DNA of 64,000 nucleotides, taken from positions 8,751,200-8,815,199 of the forward strand of contig CM082593.2 in assembly GCA_040954595.2 (NCBI GenBank), read 5' to 3'. Of the stretch, positions 1-14,396 are shown piece after piece. A program made the translations under genes and the position numbers. The stretch is from Balanoglossus misakiensis (lineage: Eukaryota > Animalia > Hemichordata). The first letter of the stretch is position 1. Each line of letters begins with the position of its first letter. The notes beneath the pieces were generated by a model that worked only from the letters and a program-made list of their open reading frames with translations, was not told the DNA's origin and made no database searches.

Positions 1-2999
1 TTTCTTTGTCTATGCAAAGATTAATAGACAGTCTCTATAGTAGAAAAGTTGACTGTCTGTAACTTACATAATTGAAGATACCCCCTATGATATAATGGAA
101 GAGCTTGCATAAAATTACCTTTCTGTGGATTTCTGTTTGTTTTATATTCAAAATAATTCAATTAGCCCAACTATTAACTGAAACTGTTCCTCCTCCTACT
201 TCCATCATACTCTAATGACAATAAAATTTATTAAAAGAAATTTTAAATGTAATCCCAAGAAAACTACATACAGATCTCCAATAAATCGATTTGCATTTCA
301 GCAAAATGTCGTACAGCTTTTCAATGAACAACCAATTCAAAGGTCCACTGAATTGCATGAATGTATGCACGAATTTGTAAATATGGATGGTACACTTTTC
401 TATATTAAAAACTTTCATTTTTTAGGATATGGGCGTTCTGTTACCACTTGCAAATGTGTGTTGTGCAAAAAATACAGTCACTGCTACCTACTGCAGAATA
501 TGTTGGCAGCATGGTTTGAGAGAGAAGGATTTTTGTCTGGAAAGGTAGCTCTCTGTATACTCAGGTCATTAGTGTATAAATGTAGATAGTGAAATAACAT
601 GAGTCTGTCTGTCTCTTTCGCTGTCATTCCCCTATGATTTTCATATTCAGCGATGTAATAAAATGTCTGACTGCATAAATAACAATGTTATGAGTAAAAT
701 GGAGCTGATGTTTAACTATACCTGTACTAATATTTCATGATGTGAAGCACAGTGAAATGACTGGATTAACTAGCCCGGAGACCAGGGCGTCGATCTAGAA
801 TACAACGCCCCGGGACAGTCGAGCCATTTCCTGCTGAGCTGAAAGATAGTAGCCCTGGCAACGATCATTCTAAGAATTATCTAATTTCAGGACAAACGTG
901 GTGCAACGACCCCTTCACTTTAAAGGATGTCAAGATGTACTGGAGATAATTAATTCTCAGATTGGACATGTTTCACTGTGCTTCACATCATGCATTTCAA
1001 GATGAAACATCTCTTTGGGCGGTAACTGTTAATTAAACAATCATATAATGTCATTTAAAAGACAATGGTCATACCAGTGAAATAAGCTTGTTTGCAATGA
1101 TACGTTATAACAACAATATGATTACCTGATAATTTCAAACATTTTATTGTACTTTACTGGATGAAACGATTTATGTTTCTGTTGATCAAAATTGAAAAGT
1201 GTAAGGAAAGCATTACTGGTATTTTAATATTTGTTTCCAACTGTAAATCATTGACACACGCTTGTAATGGTTGAAATCCGAAAATAAGATTTATTTTCTA
1301 TAAGTGGAAACAACAAGTATGGCTGATGTCAAGCAAAGAGAACTTCTAGTAGATTGTGCATTATTTACTTAATTAATATTTAAAGAATAATGTAATCTGA
1401 TCTGGTATTGCTACAAATTCTGTCTCCATCCTGAAAGAGCACCTTCTCATGTTATGTCTTGTTTTAGTGGTTAATGGTTTTAAAGTCCTGAGGTGTTGTA
1501 TTAAATGAATAAATAGTTCTGTTATGTGGAAGCACATTCATGTGTTTATTTCTTCTTTTTAGTTTACTCAGAATTATTGCTGAACTATCTTTTCTGCTCA
1601 ATTAAATCCCATCATGTTTCTATTCAGGACACATGCCTCCATAAGAGGAAGTTAAATGGTTAAACTGTGCTGTGGAAATGGGGCAGGGGACAAGTGTAGT
1701 CAGATAAAAGAAAAGGTTGCCACGTGAGGGCACTGCAAAGGGAAAATTCATTATCAAATCGTTTGTGTGTGTTCATTTGGTAAAACTAAAATATTAAAGT
1801 TTATTGAAGAAAATTTAAACATGGATGTGTAATCTGTCCCCTTACTTAGCACAGCCAGCGGTGGGACTGGGGCAGGAGACCAGAGTATTCAGATAAAAAC
1901 GTTGCCACGCGAGGGCGCTGCAAAGGCTCCCATTAAACCTAATTTGCGAGATGAAAAACCCGATCCCTGCTAACTATAACGGTCGACATTTTGAGAAAAA
2001 CAACACTTCAATTCTTTAATTTTATTAGGCAACGAAAAGAACCCGTACCCAACTATTTATCATAATTTCTCTGCGATCCGGCACAATGGGATAGAGATGT
2101 ATGGGGCGGGGGGGGGGGGGGTATTGCATTTGCACAATGCATGTCTATGATATGTATGACTCTGAGAGCACCGGTCATTCTCTGCATATTTTGGTAATAT
2201 AGCAATGTTGGCTTGAATATACGCGTTCACACGAGTGTGTCTTTATTTCCTGTGCTTTGTATGCATTTGGATTTGGTTGTTTATAAATGTGTTCAGCAAG
2301 TGAACAAATAGTGCTAACACCAATACCAGAGACCGTGCACTAACTAGCAAGCTGAAAAACGGTTGTAGTGGCATTTTCTTTTGGCTTTTTGGCTGTGCAA
2401 AATGGCCGAGTCTATTGACACACCGGTTGGCAATAGACACTCCGGTGCGAAAATAACGTGTATGTTGCGATTTTACCAAATTCTACAATTTGGTGAAATC
2501 GCTAAAATAGCCATAAAATAGCCATCATGCCTGTATGTAGTCCTTCTTGTACCGATCAATCTATATACCTGATTGTTATTTGCCACACAAAAGCCAACTT
2601 CACTACCTCCCTGCCTTTCAGATTTGAAAACTGCAAACAATTCCAAAATTCGGCGGTTCGACCAGGAAGAAAAAAATGTGATCAAATCACATCTAATTCT
2701 TCGTAATTTTAATTGGCTCTCTGTTCAGAAGCGAATCCAAATCTAAATTCGTTGCATCTCTTTCGAAGTCTAAGTTCTTTGTGGTCTTGCACCATCCCAT
2801 GCACCTCTCGATGAACTTTTACAAGACGTCGACGCAATCGCACTCCATACGCTCGCATAAAACAACGTTTGATATTTCTTTTTCTCGCGAGGAAAATTGC
2901 TCAAGACCACCGAACACTTGAGAAACTTGCTGAGCAAAATTCCTCGAATGACTTTTTGCTCAGCTAATTTCTCTCGTGTGCGGCAGCCTTTAGTCGCAC

Positions 3000-3740
3000 T
3001 GCGTTTCCATGGCGACAGAGGTTTTTCCGTCTGTGTGCCTCAGTTGTTTCTGGATTGTTCCATACCTTAAAACTGTATTAAATATTGAAATTTATGTTTC
3101 TTAACCCTATTCACAATTTCTCTTGATTGTTAATTACGCTTATCAGGGGTTTATATTAAAAATAAAATGAAGCAATATGTCCTGATTTTTTTTTATCCAA
3201 GAGTTTGGATAATGCTGCGTGGGGTGTAATATAATCTAAATATACCACCCCTCTTCCAAATTTGGAACAATGTACAGTTTTGCGCCCGAAGGATGCCCTG
3301 AAAATAATGAAAGATGTGTTAGTCCAGAAAGTAACTTTAGATGCTTTTTTTTTTTCATGTTACCTTAGCGCGCCATCTTTTTTTCAAGCCTTCTCTGGCA
3401 GAAGTTTTTTCTTTGACATTTGGTGGGACTCATCTTTTTCCTCGAAAAATTTCCTGACCCCCAGGATATCAAATGGTCCACCCCTAAAACATTCGCGCAA
3501 AAACTGAGGTAAACGTATTAAAAAATTGAAGTTGGGCGTGTACATTTTTACCTGTTGACCTGTGACGTCACTCCCTGTTGGATCAGCAACACAATCCAGT
3601 CAGGGCTATTGTTATGCAAATTACGGATCTACACGGGGCTTGCACCATAGAGTACAAGGCGGTTCGGCGTATCTATTAGCTGATATGTACGTGTCCGTGT
3701 CTATTTTCGTTTTATATGTATAGTCCGCGCAGCTGTACCT
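3000..3740 (+). promoter_or_regulatory. Putative promoter region of the cadherin gene
   Basis: Locally CpG-rich. RFX X-box-like GTTTCCATGGCGAC (3003-3016), CRE TGACGTCA (3563-3570), Sox-Oct-like TATTGTTATGCAAAT (3607-3621), E-box CAGCTG (3730-3735). Lies upstream of a strong donor at 4000. Confidence 0.45.
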
Positions 3741-3999
3741 CAACTTTAGACATCTTGGATATTTGAATGTGCTCTGTGATTTGGTATTGCCTTCACCAGT
3801 GACTCTTTAGGAAATCCGCACAAGAAGTTGGAATCGGGACGAGTATCCGGATCGATAAGTTCGCGATTCAGCTCGGTTCCTACGTTTGATATCAACCGCC
3901 AGAGTGTTGCGATCGTTAGGTTACGTTCACGATCTGGACTCCACTGAACCCGCTGTGGATTAAGGACACTTCACACACATTTTCTGGACATTCATGAGG
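3740..3999 (+). other. Putative 5'UTR exon 1 (start uncertain)
   Basis: CpG-rich unique sequence ending in consensus donor AGG|GTAAGT at 3999/4000. The first coding exon has an acceptor only 12 nt before its ATG, so an upstream exon is required. Confidence 0.5.
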
Positions 4000-4811
4000 G
4001 TAAGTACGTGAATCCCTGAGTCACGAAAAAAGACTGATCGTTGACACACGCTGTATGCAGGTGTTGGTGTTCTGGGTGTCCGCCCAGATCCAACTTTGTG
4101 ATGGCTCTAGAGTCAAGTCACTAGCTCTATGAGTCAACCTATCTGAAGTTGTGAAATGGGGAGGAGATACATTGTACTTAGACTGAAGACAGCCCTTTCT
4201 TGTTGTTTACAGTGCGTTTCACCGATTTGTCTTTGAATCTAGACAGACTAATATTATGACTTGGCCCTTTCTTTCACAGTTCTCATGACATATTGAGCAA
4301 AACAGTGCTCTGTCCGTGAACTGCAACTGTTTTGTTTTTCCGCATCATGGGAGTTGACCGTTTAGTCTTAGAAAGCCACTCATCTCATACTAAGGTCTCT
4401 CAGTACCTCCATGCTCATACTCACATATATGGGGCAAAGTGGTGGAAAGTGAAGTTTTGTTGTCTCATTTCTCAGTCAAAAATCATTGATCAAAACAATA
4501 TCAAAATGTAAGGCACTGCAGCCTACCACAGTTTTTGAGCAATTTTATGAAAGAATAGGTTTGCAACGTACCCGGATATTGTGAGGCATTATATACCATA
4601 CATATTTTAAAATGTTTGCAGAAAAAAACTACAAGTGGGACTTTTGAAATTTTCTGACAATCTCACTGTTCTACATACATGTACATGTATACTGGTACAT
4701 ATAAAGAATTTATATTGCACATGAATGATGTGATTGCGAAGAAAAACACATTCAATATTGCGTTTTTCATATTGCACTATTTACTAGTGCGCAGTCATCT
4801 AGTATGGTAGC

Positions 4812-4973
4812 AATCTGATTAAAATCAGATGCAGAGTTAGGCGCTGGTGATAATTTTGGCTATCCTGTTCTCTCGGCTTTGGCTGTTCATGGGTGTCCCT
4901 TCTGAACAGAACAGCAAAGAATCAGCAAAAGTAAAGACAGCGCATAAACTCTACATCTAATTTTAATCAGATT
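4812..4973. mobile_element. Small fold-back MITE
   Basis: About 35-bp TIR AATCTGATTAAAATCAGATG... / ...CATCTAATTTTAATCAGATT; imperfect flanking repeat agtatggtag/agtgtggtag; another end at ~5128. Confidence 0.6.
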
Positions 4974-5952
4974 AGTGTGGTAGTCTACTAGTGCAGCTCT
5001 GCTTTACAAATTACATGCAGATATACTACCAGTACCATGGTACTGTAGGTCATGAATGCAAGGTGTCCCTACCATATATGTGTTGTCACTGATTGGCTCA
5101 TCATTGGAGTTACATGTACATACACAACAATCTGATTAAAATCAGATGTAGAGTATGGTGACGTCTTTTACTGCACCAGTAAGAGACGTAACTGTACATA
5201 TAAAAGTACTCTGTAAAAGAAGATACATGTACAACACAGTAGTCAGCATATATACATGTATGTAGCAGTCAAAATAAATCCTATATTTACTGTTAGCAAA
5301 TTATAAATTTTAGTTACATAATATAATACATGTACATGTAGAATCAGACATGCAACTGACCGCTATAGGTTAGACAACTGCCAGTAAAAACATTTCACCT
5401 TACCTGGCTTTCAAAGCAACCACAACACTTAAGTGATGCAACTAGAAAATATTATTTTCCAGTTGTGTGCACAAGGCTTTGTAGTTGATTTGAGGATCTG
5501 TGCATGTGTACATTTAACTTCCACTAAACATGGACTTTTATCGGTTGCCAATATTACACGTATACATTTATGACAGGACGAGTTTATAGTGTATAACTCT
5601 GAATGTAAAAATACAATCATATTTAATGAGGGGACTGCACACATCTATGTACATGTATCTAGTCTAAACTTATGTCGGTCCTGGGGCAGGGATAGCAAGC
5701 TGGTGAACCATTCAATCAATTAGAGTTTTGACAGACAAGTTGGAAGTTTTACCTCAGCCATGCAGACATACAAAACAGTTTAGCTCACTGACCATACATT
5801 CTGGGGAGACTGGTGCATGTATGAATTCTGATGTGATGTCAAAGTGTAAAATTTCGCATCAAACTATTTTCGACTAATATTAGACCTAATTGTTTTTAAA
5901 AAGTTTGCTGTACGCACCTGTTGCCATTGTGGGTTCCTAACTTCCTGTGCAT

Positions 5953-6171
5953 CAGTGTTTCATTCAGGATCATGGCATTATTAACAGGGGGATATGTCCC
6001 CCTTTGCCAGAATATTTTGGGAGGGACTCCACTCTGACAAAGGGGACTGTACAACATGTGAAATGACATCATTCTAAGGGACACTGGTCCCCCCTTGACA
6101 AATTGCTAGGGGGTGCCAACATGTCAACTGGGGGTGAATCCCCCCCATCCTCCCGTCTAGATGAAACACTG
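5953..6171. mobile_element. hAT-like MITE (CAGTGTTTCAT...ATGAAACACTG)
   Basis: CAG...CTG TIR; partial copy at ~14965-15066. Confidence 0.55.
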
Positions 6172-8493
6172 ACCAGTGCGTATTGGTTTTTTATTTTCAA
6201 GACTAAATGTCAGTGGTCTGCAGTGTGCCATGTAGGGCTGAATCATAAAAATTACTAGAAATCCTTAAACTGACTCAAACCTTTTAAAAATTATGATTGT
6301 TAGAGGACACACTGATGGTCTGTCCTACTACTTACAGCTTACATTGTATATCCAGGAAACTTCAACTGCATGCACTGTTTTATCATGCCGTTTTTTTAAA
6401 TTTGTTAGCCATAAAGAATAGTACCATTCTGTAATGTCACGCCATTATCAGCATTTACAAAACAATTACTCTACATCTGCCATCTTACCCATGTACATTT
6501 TTTCTTAATTAGAGTCAAGTTAGCTAATTATTGGCAACTTGGCAAGAGGTCATTTAACACCAATGCAACCCCTACCCCCCCCCCCCACTCCCAGTCAAAA
6601 TAGTGACAATTGGTAGTGGGGAGGGGAGGGGAGGGGAGGGCCCGAGGGGAGGGGATAGCATTTCTTCTTGGATGGGAAATGATACTTGTACATCTAATGC
6701 TGTAACTGAGGTGGTGATTTTTTTAGCTGGGTGCTGGCCAGTACTGACGGGTGAATTAAGTTTTGTCAGTGTCTACATTGTGTGTATCATAGGAGATAAT
6801 CATTGTGGTATATTATTAATCCAGTCTCTTTTCTAAGTAAGGAAGGTTGACCAGTCACAGTGTCGTCTGGCTTGAAGCGTTGTTAGATTTGCACAGGAGT
6901 CAAACCTGCAAGGGGATTTATTGAACAAAAACAGGATTTTTGAATTCTACATGTAAAAGTTCTCTTTATCTCACAAATATTGGGAACCAGGCATGTGGAA
7001 GAAATGACGTCATAGTTCTCGCGTAATGCACACGATTTCTTCATAGTTCTCACGTGATTCGCGCAATTTTCATCTTTTTCGCATATTTCACATTGTTATT
7101 TTTACTTCCGGGTTTACGAAGCTCTAAAAAGTTTAGGGTTGGCGGGTTAAGTTTGGGGTAGGTCGGGTAATCGGGGGGACTTATGGATTGTGCCAGACGG
7201 ACAATCCTGTAACAGCATTGATGCAATTCAATTTCAATTAGTGATTATCTAATCATGGAAATGAGCAAATTTCTTATTATAGGAAACTGTACAAAGTGCA
7301 TCTTGCACATTAAACAATACATGTATGCAATCCAGGGTTTAATTTAAATTTTTATAATGGATTGCTTGCTTCCAAATTTTGGTCTTATTCCAGAATTGTG
7401 ACCCTTCTCAGTCTTTGAACATTATAATGTACTGGTATTCTCAGTGTAGTTAAATTGCATAACTTTACATTAGACATGTATGTATAAAGTATGTTCATAG
7501 TTTAAAGCTACATGTAAGTCATCATCTAAATAGTGTCAAACATAGAAGTCTGCATAGTAATGCAAATTACAATGATTGGTATGTATCCGGCAATGACAAA
7601 CTTATACCCCAAGTGTGAAGTTTTAAAAATCGTCAAAGAAAATGGACAAATTAAAAAAAATTCCCTTGAATAATGATCATACGTGTAGAAGATCAAGCAC
7701 CAATGCATATAAATCGTTCCCACAAATCAGTTTTGTTGGTCTAATGAAAACAGTCAGAAAGTAAATAGGAAAATGATATATGGATAGGCAGCTACATGTA
7801 CGTGTATCTTAGCAATTTGATTTATTTCCTTTTTGCGATAAAGTGTCATTAATTATAACAGAGCAGGACAGTTTGTTGGAGGGCAAAGTTTTCCTCTTTC
7901 TACTGTTGACGTCATATCCTGACAGACTCACTCAACCACTTGTTTGAGCAAATTTGTATATTTGAAAGGGGTGATTTTTTGTACACATCTTGTCAGACAG
8001 CTTGAACTGGATAAACATTGGCTGGACTTCTAGGTATATGTACACTTGGAAAAATGATAAAATGTTACACTTTTGGAAAAAAATGATCCAATTTTAAACT
8101 TTCTGAAAAAAAGATCCAATTTTAAACTTTCAATTTAAAGTGCGGGCACATGCATTGATAGTGATACAAACTGGGCCAGACACACATGTATATACAATGT
8201 AGTTTTTCATTTGACTGTATTGTCGGTTTCTTTTGTCCATCTATAATTGTACTCTATAAAAATGAAAGTTTCTTCAGGTTGAGACGTCAAGAGAACTCGA
8301 TTGATATTTATTTCCACATTGGAGTTAATATAGTCAGAAATTTCTCAAAATGTTGTTTCCAAATTGCATGTTTATAAATGGAAAACAGTATAATTGTACT
8401 ACATATTGTCAGTATCACACCACACGATGGCTTGTGTAATTATAACCGAAGACATTTCCAGTTTATATGTTAGGCCATGTGCTGAAGTTTGTT

Positions 8494-8601
8494 TTAAACT
8501 TTTTACCCCCAGTTCCCTCTTTAGTCTCACTAGAGGTCCAACCTTACCATAGAATTAGAAAACACTGGGTTTGGACTGAAACATGGTGGTGAAAGGGTTA
8601 A
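8494..8601. mobile_element. piggyBac-like mini-MITE
   Basis: Ends ...GGTGAAAGGG-TTAA; shared core GAGGTCCAACCTTACCATAGAA with copies at 60005-60095, ~14668-14728 and ~41097. Confidence 0.55.
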
Positions 8602-8656
8602 AAGATTACTGAAACTTGAAAGTACAATGATATTTTTGTACAGTAGTTGTGACAAG

Positions 8657-8856
8657 TACTGTAAAACACTTTATTTTCCCGAAATACGCGAGAGCCGAAA
8701 TAGCGTGAAAATAAAAAGTCACATAATTTTTTATTTTCAGGTAACGATGCAGTGAATGAATGAAATAAGAGAACACGAAAATTAATACTCGCGAAACAGT
8801 GGCCTCTCTCGATATTGCGCAAATTTCAACTCACGAAAATAACGTGTTTTACAGTA
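8657..8856. mobile_element. TA-flanked MITE family H (TACTGTAAAAC...GTTTTACAGTA), Tc1/mariner-pogo-like
   Basis: TIRs with TA ends; related copies at 14181-14396, 26235-26420, 55918-56318, 59328-59518. Confidence 0.7.
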
Positions 8857-9802
8857 TACTATTGCATAGTTTACATAGCTACAGTGGTAGGTGGAAGCTT
8901 GGTTGTATTTTGACATCATTGATCCATAACAATCTTTGGGTGTATAGTGGTTGTGTGTTGGGCGTTTTATTTCCCGCAGCAAACAAAGTAACATAGTTGA
9001 GGTAACCAGGTAACTCTCTTTGACCTTGATCTAACAGGTATGTGTCTTGAGGTTGTGTTAAATATTCTCCCTTTTGGAATTCCACAAGGATGACCTTGTC
9101 AAGAGTTAGATACAAAGGTGGTATTGTTGGGAAATTTTCTGTTTAAAAGGCGGAACTCAAAAAGTGAGGCCATTTGCTATAAAGGTACTTTCGTAATAAA
9201 GGCTAGTGTATTTCAAAGTTGTAATGTCTGTCCTCACGTACATTGTACATGTACACTTGGCGAGGAGATTTGTCATGGATTCGGGTAACGGCTAGTGTGC
9301 GACAAAAATCATTGCTCATTTCTAAACCAATATGTTATGATTTACCCCTTCTGCTCATTTCCAGCCATGTACAATGTGCTGTGAGAGTGAAGCCTACAAC
9401 ATACATTGACTGTGACACCTCTCAGCTCTTGGACCAGAACATATGTTCTGAATAGAGTTGTCCTGATCAGAGAGGTGTCTGCACATGTAATATCAGTTTG
9501 CACATGCACACATGCATATATTGCAGATTGTTTAAAACATGTGACCCACTTGTAAGTTGTACATAAAATCCTACAATTCTACCACCAGCCAGTAGCATGA
9601 CAGTCACTAGATGTACATGTATGGTCTGTGTCTGAATCCAAAATCCAATATTTACAGATTACATGCAAGTCACAAGCTGTCACATAGATTGAATAAAATG
9701 ACTAAAAATAAGCTTGTGAGTTTGGATGCATAAAGTCATCAACGTACAAATTGTACATTTATACTCAGTGCATCAACACATTCTTATTTTACCTTATTGT
9801 GA

Positions 9803-10068
9803 TTAAAGGGACAAAGTCTCTCTCTCTCGCTGCCCCTTTTCCATTAATTATGTTTGAATTGATAGAAGACACCGTTTATGTTATTCTACATTGTACATGT
9901 GGATATATACTAGTGAATCAATGTGCGACCACACACACCTTCCATCCCGCTTGTAGACACGAGAATGAAAAAACTCTCCAAAGTGAATAATTGTTCTCTA
10001 CCATTTATTCATTTTGGGCGAGGTTTTACTCTCATATCATACAAGCGGGATGGAAGTTGTGTGTGACC
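9803..10068. mobile_element. Kolobok-like palindromic MITE family A (truncated)
   Basis: Starts TTAAAGGGACAAAGTCTCTCTCTCGCTGCC as in the full copies; right arm missing. Confidence 0.75.
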
Positions 10069-10566
10069 ACAAAATTACCATTACTGACATTACAAATGTA
10101 CAGCCAATGTTGATAATGAAAACATTTTATATCCATCAAATACTGTATGCTTTTCTGCTAGCTGTCCTCAAGTTTATAGCAACTTGTTTAGGTTTTTGAC
10201 AAGGAAAAATTCCATGTTGATGTATTCTTTACATTCTTCAAATTACTTCATATATGTCCATGTAAGAATGAAAGGGAAGTTGTGTTCGCAGTTGTGAATG
10301 AATAATTGAATGTTTGTCTAAAATGTGACTCGCTTGTGATGTTGATTAATTGGTGTACAAAGAAACAGGTAAATTATTAACTTTCATTTGCAGAGTATAT
10401 TTACTTGTCGAATTATTCATTTCTTTCATAAGATCATTTTAGATATCAAAATGGCAGCATATTTAATGTTGTCAGGGTTGAAAAGTTAACTTTGCACCAA
10501 TTTCAGTACTTTTATAAATTTCTTTGCGCCTGTCCTACATGTACATTGTATGTGTAATGATAATAA

Positions 10567-11135
10567 TTAAGCAATAACCCCCGCCGCAGGCGGGTATACA
10601 CGAGATTTGGGTACAATTCGAGACATATAGCACGAGCCGTCAGGCGAGTGCTATATGGAGCGAATTGTACCCAAATCGAGTGTATACCCGACTGAGGCGG
10701 GGGTTATTGCTATTATATTAGATCATCAATTGTTTTTGTGGCATATCAGTGTCATTTTCTTACCGAAACGGCGTCAGAAAGAGAAATTACGATCGTGAAC
10801 CAAAATGGCGACGACGAATGTAAACACGCGCGGCCGGGATCGAGCATTAAACATGCAGCAGACGACAAAAAGTGACAAGACGGGCATCGCGCGTGGCAAA
10901 GCGACAAATATATCCACAGAGCAGTTCCAAAATAAAACGTCCGTTAATTCAACAGTATTTTTGTTTTATTTATTTGGTTTAAACACGCGCGACTGTGGTT
11001 TAACCGCACATTTTTGCTGCCGAATGCTAGTTCAGGGGCCCGTTTTACCACTGCTAGCCATGGTAAAACAGTATTTTACCATCGCTGGATTCAGCTCTCG
11101 TCCAATCAGAATCACAGACGGTAGCATGATATAAT
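10567..11135 (+). mobile_element. Hairpin-ended non-autonomous element family F (Crypton-like)
   Basis: About 140-bp terminal hairpin (10571-10711); near-identical inverted copy at 15312-15888; fragments at ~23500-23790 and ~38940-39170. Superfamily call is inference. Confidence 0.7.
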
Positions 11136-12620
11136 ATAATTATCATACATGCAATTTGCATGTATTTGCCACTTTCTATTGTTCTCACAGTGAAGTATAT
11201 GAGCCCGCATTTTCACTCTGTGTCCCAGAAGTATTTTTGAGAACGCACTATTCATCAATCATTGATCAAAATCACACTGTCGTTGGCGCGCTGTGTAGGT
11301 CTACACACATTTTCTTGGCATGAACATTTATTTTGTGAAATAGCAGTGTTGACAGCTGTGCACGTCCTGCAAACATATTGCAGTGTTCATGTAAATTGGT
11401 TTATTTATGTAATCTATTTGTTCTCATACCTTTATTACTAGGTGTCACTCCCGAGTGGTATTAAAGGTTCACATCAGACAATGAACCTTGGATAGGTGTC
11501 TGCATGGTCTGGCATAAAATCTTAGTCAACCACATTCACATTTTATGGATGTGTTGTTTGCGCAGTTTATCTGGTTAATTTGGAACATTATTCAGTCCCA
11601 AATTCAGTTACATGTTCAATCATTTTATTAAGTGTAGTACTTTACACTGACCAATCTAATCAACACCTACAGTTTGTACACCATTTTTTTGATAAAAGGG
11701 TCAAATTTCCATAACCAAAAAGTGAAAATGATTATTTTGAACTTTGAAAATGTATTGCTTAGTTAAGATTCAACATACATGTTAGTACATGTAATGTGTA
11801 TGTTTCATGGATACCATTTTACTGTGTGTCTGTCTGTCTGTCTGTTTGGCTCTAGGCTAGTCTTTTTTTTAATAATTAACTACAAAAATTTGGTGTACAT
11901 ACAAGTATAATCAATTACCAGAATCACTATGGTTATATGATTATGTCAGACTTAGGGAAGTACATGTAATACTGTTGGATCAGACTGAATATCACAAACA
12001 TATTTTTAAAATTAAAAATATGCGTTCCATGTGTACTGCATTTTACCTCTTCTAGTGAAAATTGTCCCCCTCCCATATAAGAAAATGTTTTAAATACAGA
12101 GCTCAATGTTGCATTTTAATGAACTCAAAAGCAAATTAACTCAATGTTGGGGAGGACAAATTTTACTTTTGCCACTCAAATTTAGCATCAGTGGGGGTGG
12201 GATGGCCTGGTATACTACATGTAGACTAACCAGGCAATAAATGAAATGTGGCAAAGAATGAAGGGGTTGGTCCCCCACATTACACTGTTGAAAATTTTGT
12301 AAAATAACGGGCTCGAAAGCAAAATTGGGGGCAGAAGTATATGACCTCCCTGAAACGTTTCGAAAAAGATGACCCTCCCCCCCCCCCCCCCATTTGGATT
12401 TCAATATTTAAGTGACCCCCCATTTATAGACTACATCCCCCGCCTCCCGGCTGTAAAAACTGAACGGTCCCTTATTGTGGAGAATTGGATGTTTGTCCAG
12501 AGTAAAATTCAAATATCAACAATAACATCGCCCTTCACTTTTATTTTGTATATACATATATTTTTTTCTATGGGTCTGGAGCCTGATTCAAATAAATAAA
12601 TAAATAAATAAATAAAATGT

Positions 12621-12738
12621 CAGTGTTCTCCCCAGGATTTGGGGATAACATGGTTAATTTGCATAACAATGCATAACAATGTTTATGTTAATTAAGTCCT
12701 ATTGTCCGCCATGCTTTAATTGCTCTGGGGAGAACACT
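12621..12738. mobile_element. hAT-like mini-MITE (CAGTGTTCTCCCCAG...CTGGGGAGAACACT)
   Basis: TIR; related copies at ~18193-18322, ~20020-20100, ~61370-61480. Confidence 0.6.
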
Positions 12739-14180
12739 ACATATGTTTATTGTCAAGCTGAATACTTTAATTTGTAAATTAATGGTGAGTAGAACAAGAA
12801 ACTGTTATTGTGGCACAGGCCATAATATTGAAAAAACAAACTTCCCTTTAGTTTAACATGATTACAATATTACAAAATTAACATTACTAGGTCTTTATAA
12901 ACTTTTCATTTATTTTACCACGGTTAAATTCTGGAAGACATCTGTCCTATCAACCTAATGGTACATAAACACCTCACATTCTACGTATTGGACTTTTACA
13001 ACTGAAAAACAAACAAAAACCCATTCAAGAAGCCAGACTCTTCTACTGCAGTAAAATATTGGATTGATTGTATCCATAAATCTGTTACCGGTAGATTTAA
13101 CCCTGGTATAAAGATGGTAGCAAAATTTACCTCTCTGTACATCAATTCATATGCGTGTAATGTATAGGGGTTCAGGCCTGGGAGATTTCATATCCAAATA
13201 ATACAAATTGCATGTGAAGTGATTGTAATGGTCTACCATTTTTATTTTAAATACATGTACTGTAATGTGCTTTTGAATTCAGAATTTTTCAAGGAATTAG
13301 TTCAAATTATTGCATTTATTGCAAAACCTGCAGTGTATTTTGTAGCTGTCAGTGATACTGTTGTTATTCATAAAACTAATTAACCCATGATTGGAATATC
13401 TATAACAGAAAAAGATGCTTACATTGTGACCTTTAATAGTAATCATGTCTTTGAAAAACTGAGGCAATTATAGAAATTGGTCAGATCTTGCAGTCCTGTA
13501 GAATTGCGTCAACATCACCAGTTTAACATATTGGCTTTAGAGAAAAGGCAGATACCGGTTGTTTACTGATTATAGTACTTGTTTGTGTAAATTCCCCAAC
13601 GTTACTGTTTGCATAATCAAGATACATGTACTATGTACAGCATGTACAATGATCTCAGCACGTATAACGGTGGTGATGTCGCACAAATTCCTATTTAGAT
13701 AATATCATTTCACACCCACCCTCTTTGAAGTATTGTAAGTGCTGAATGTTTCATTTGATGTAATTTCCTAGCAAACTTTGGTTCGACACCTTTAGCCACA
13801 GCGTGTACATTTGACCCGCAGGTACATTGTAGTGTCCCACAAAACTCTATGTTGATAGTACAATTTGACCCCACCCTCTTTGAAGTATTATTAGCGCTGG
13901 GTGTGGTCCAATTGTACCTGGAAGCTACTTGTACAGCTGTAACCCCGAGGTGTCCATACATGTATATAAACACAAGGACAGGAATAAATCATGAGGGAAA
14001 TGACAGTGTCAGTGAAGAATGTTGATACAGTACATGTATATAAAATGGACATTTTGACTATTTTCACAAAACATTTGTTCAGATTCCAAGTAAATACATT
14101 GTACGGTACAATGTATGTACAATACTAGTATATTACCTAACCATACATGTAACCTGGAGTGTTGGTATTGACAATTGCAT

Positions 14181-14396
14181 TACTGTAAAACAGGATATTT
14201 TCGCGAGCAATAAATTTTCACAAAATAAGCGTGAGCCAAAAAACCATGAAAATAAAAGTTGCGTAAAATGTTTTTCAGAGATAACATTGCAGTTAGTGAA
14301 ATACAGGAATGGCAAAATTAATCCTCGCGTGACAGTTGCCTCTTTTGATATCGGGGAAAAATTTCCTGTCGCGAAAAAATTTCGTGTTTCACAGTA
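14181..14396. mobile_element. MITE family H
   Basis: TACTGTAAAAC...GTTTCACAGTA. Confidence 0.7.

Noticed and set aside
215-589. 124-aa ORF with several Cys
   Set aside because: No recognisable domain or splice support; AT-rich UTR-like or intergenic context.
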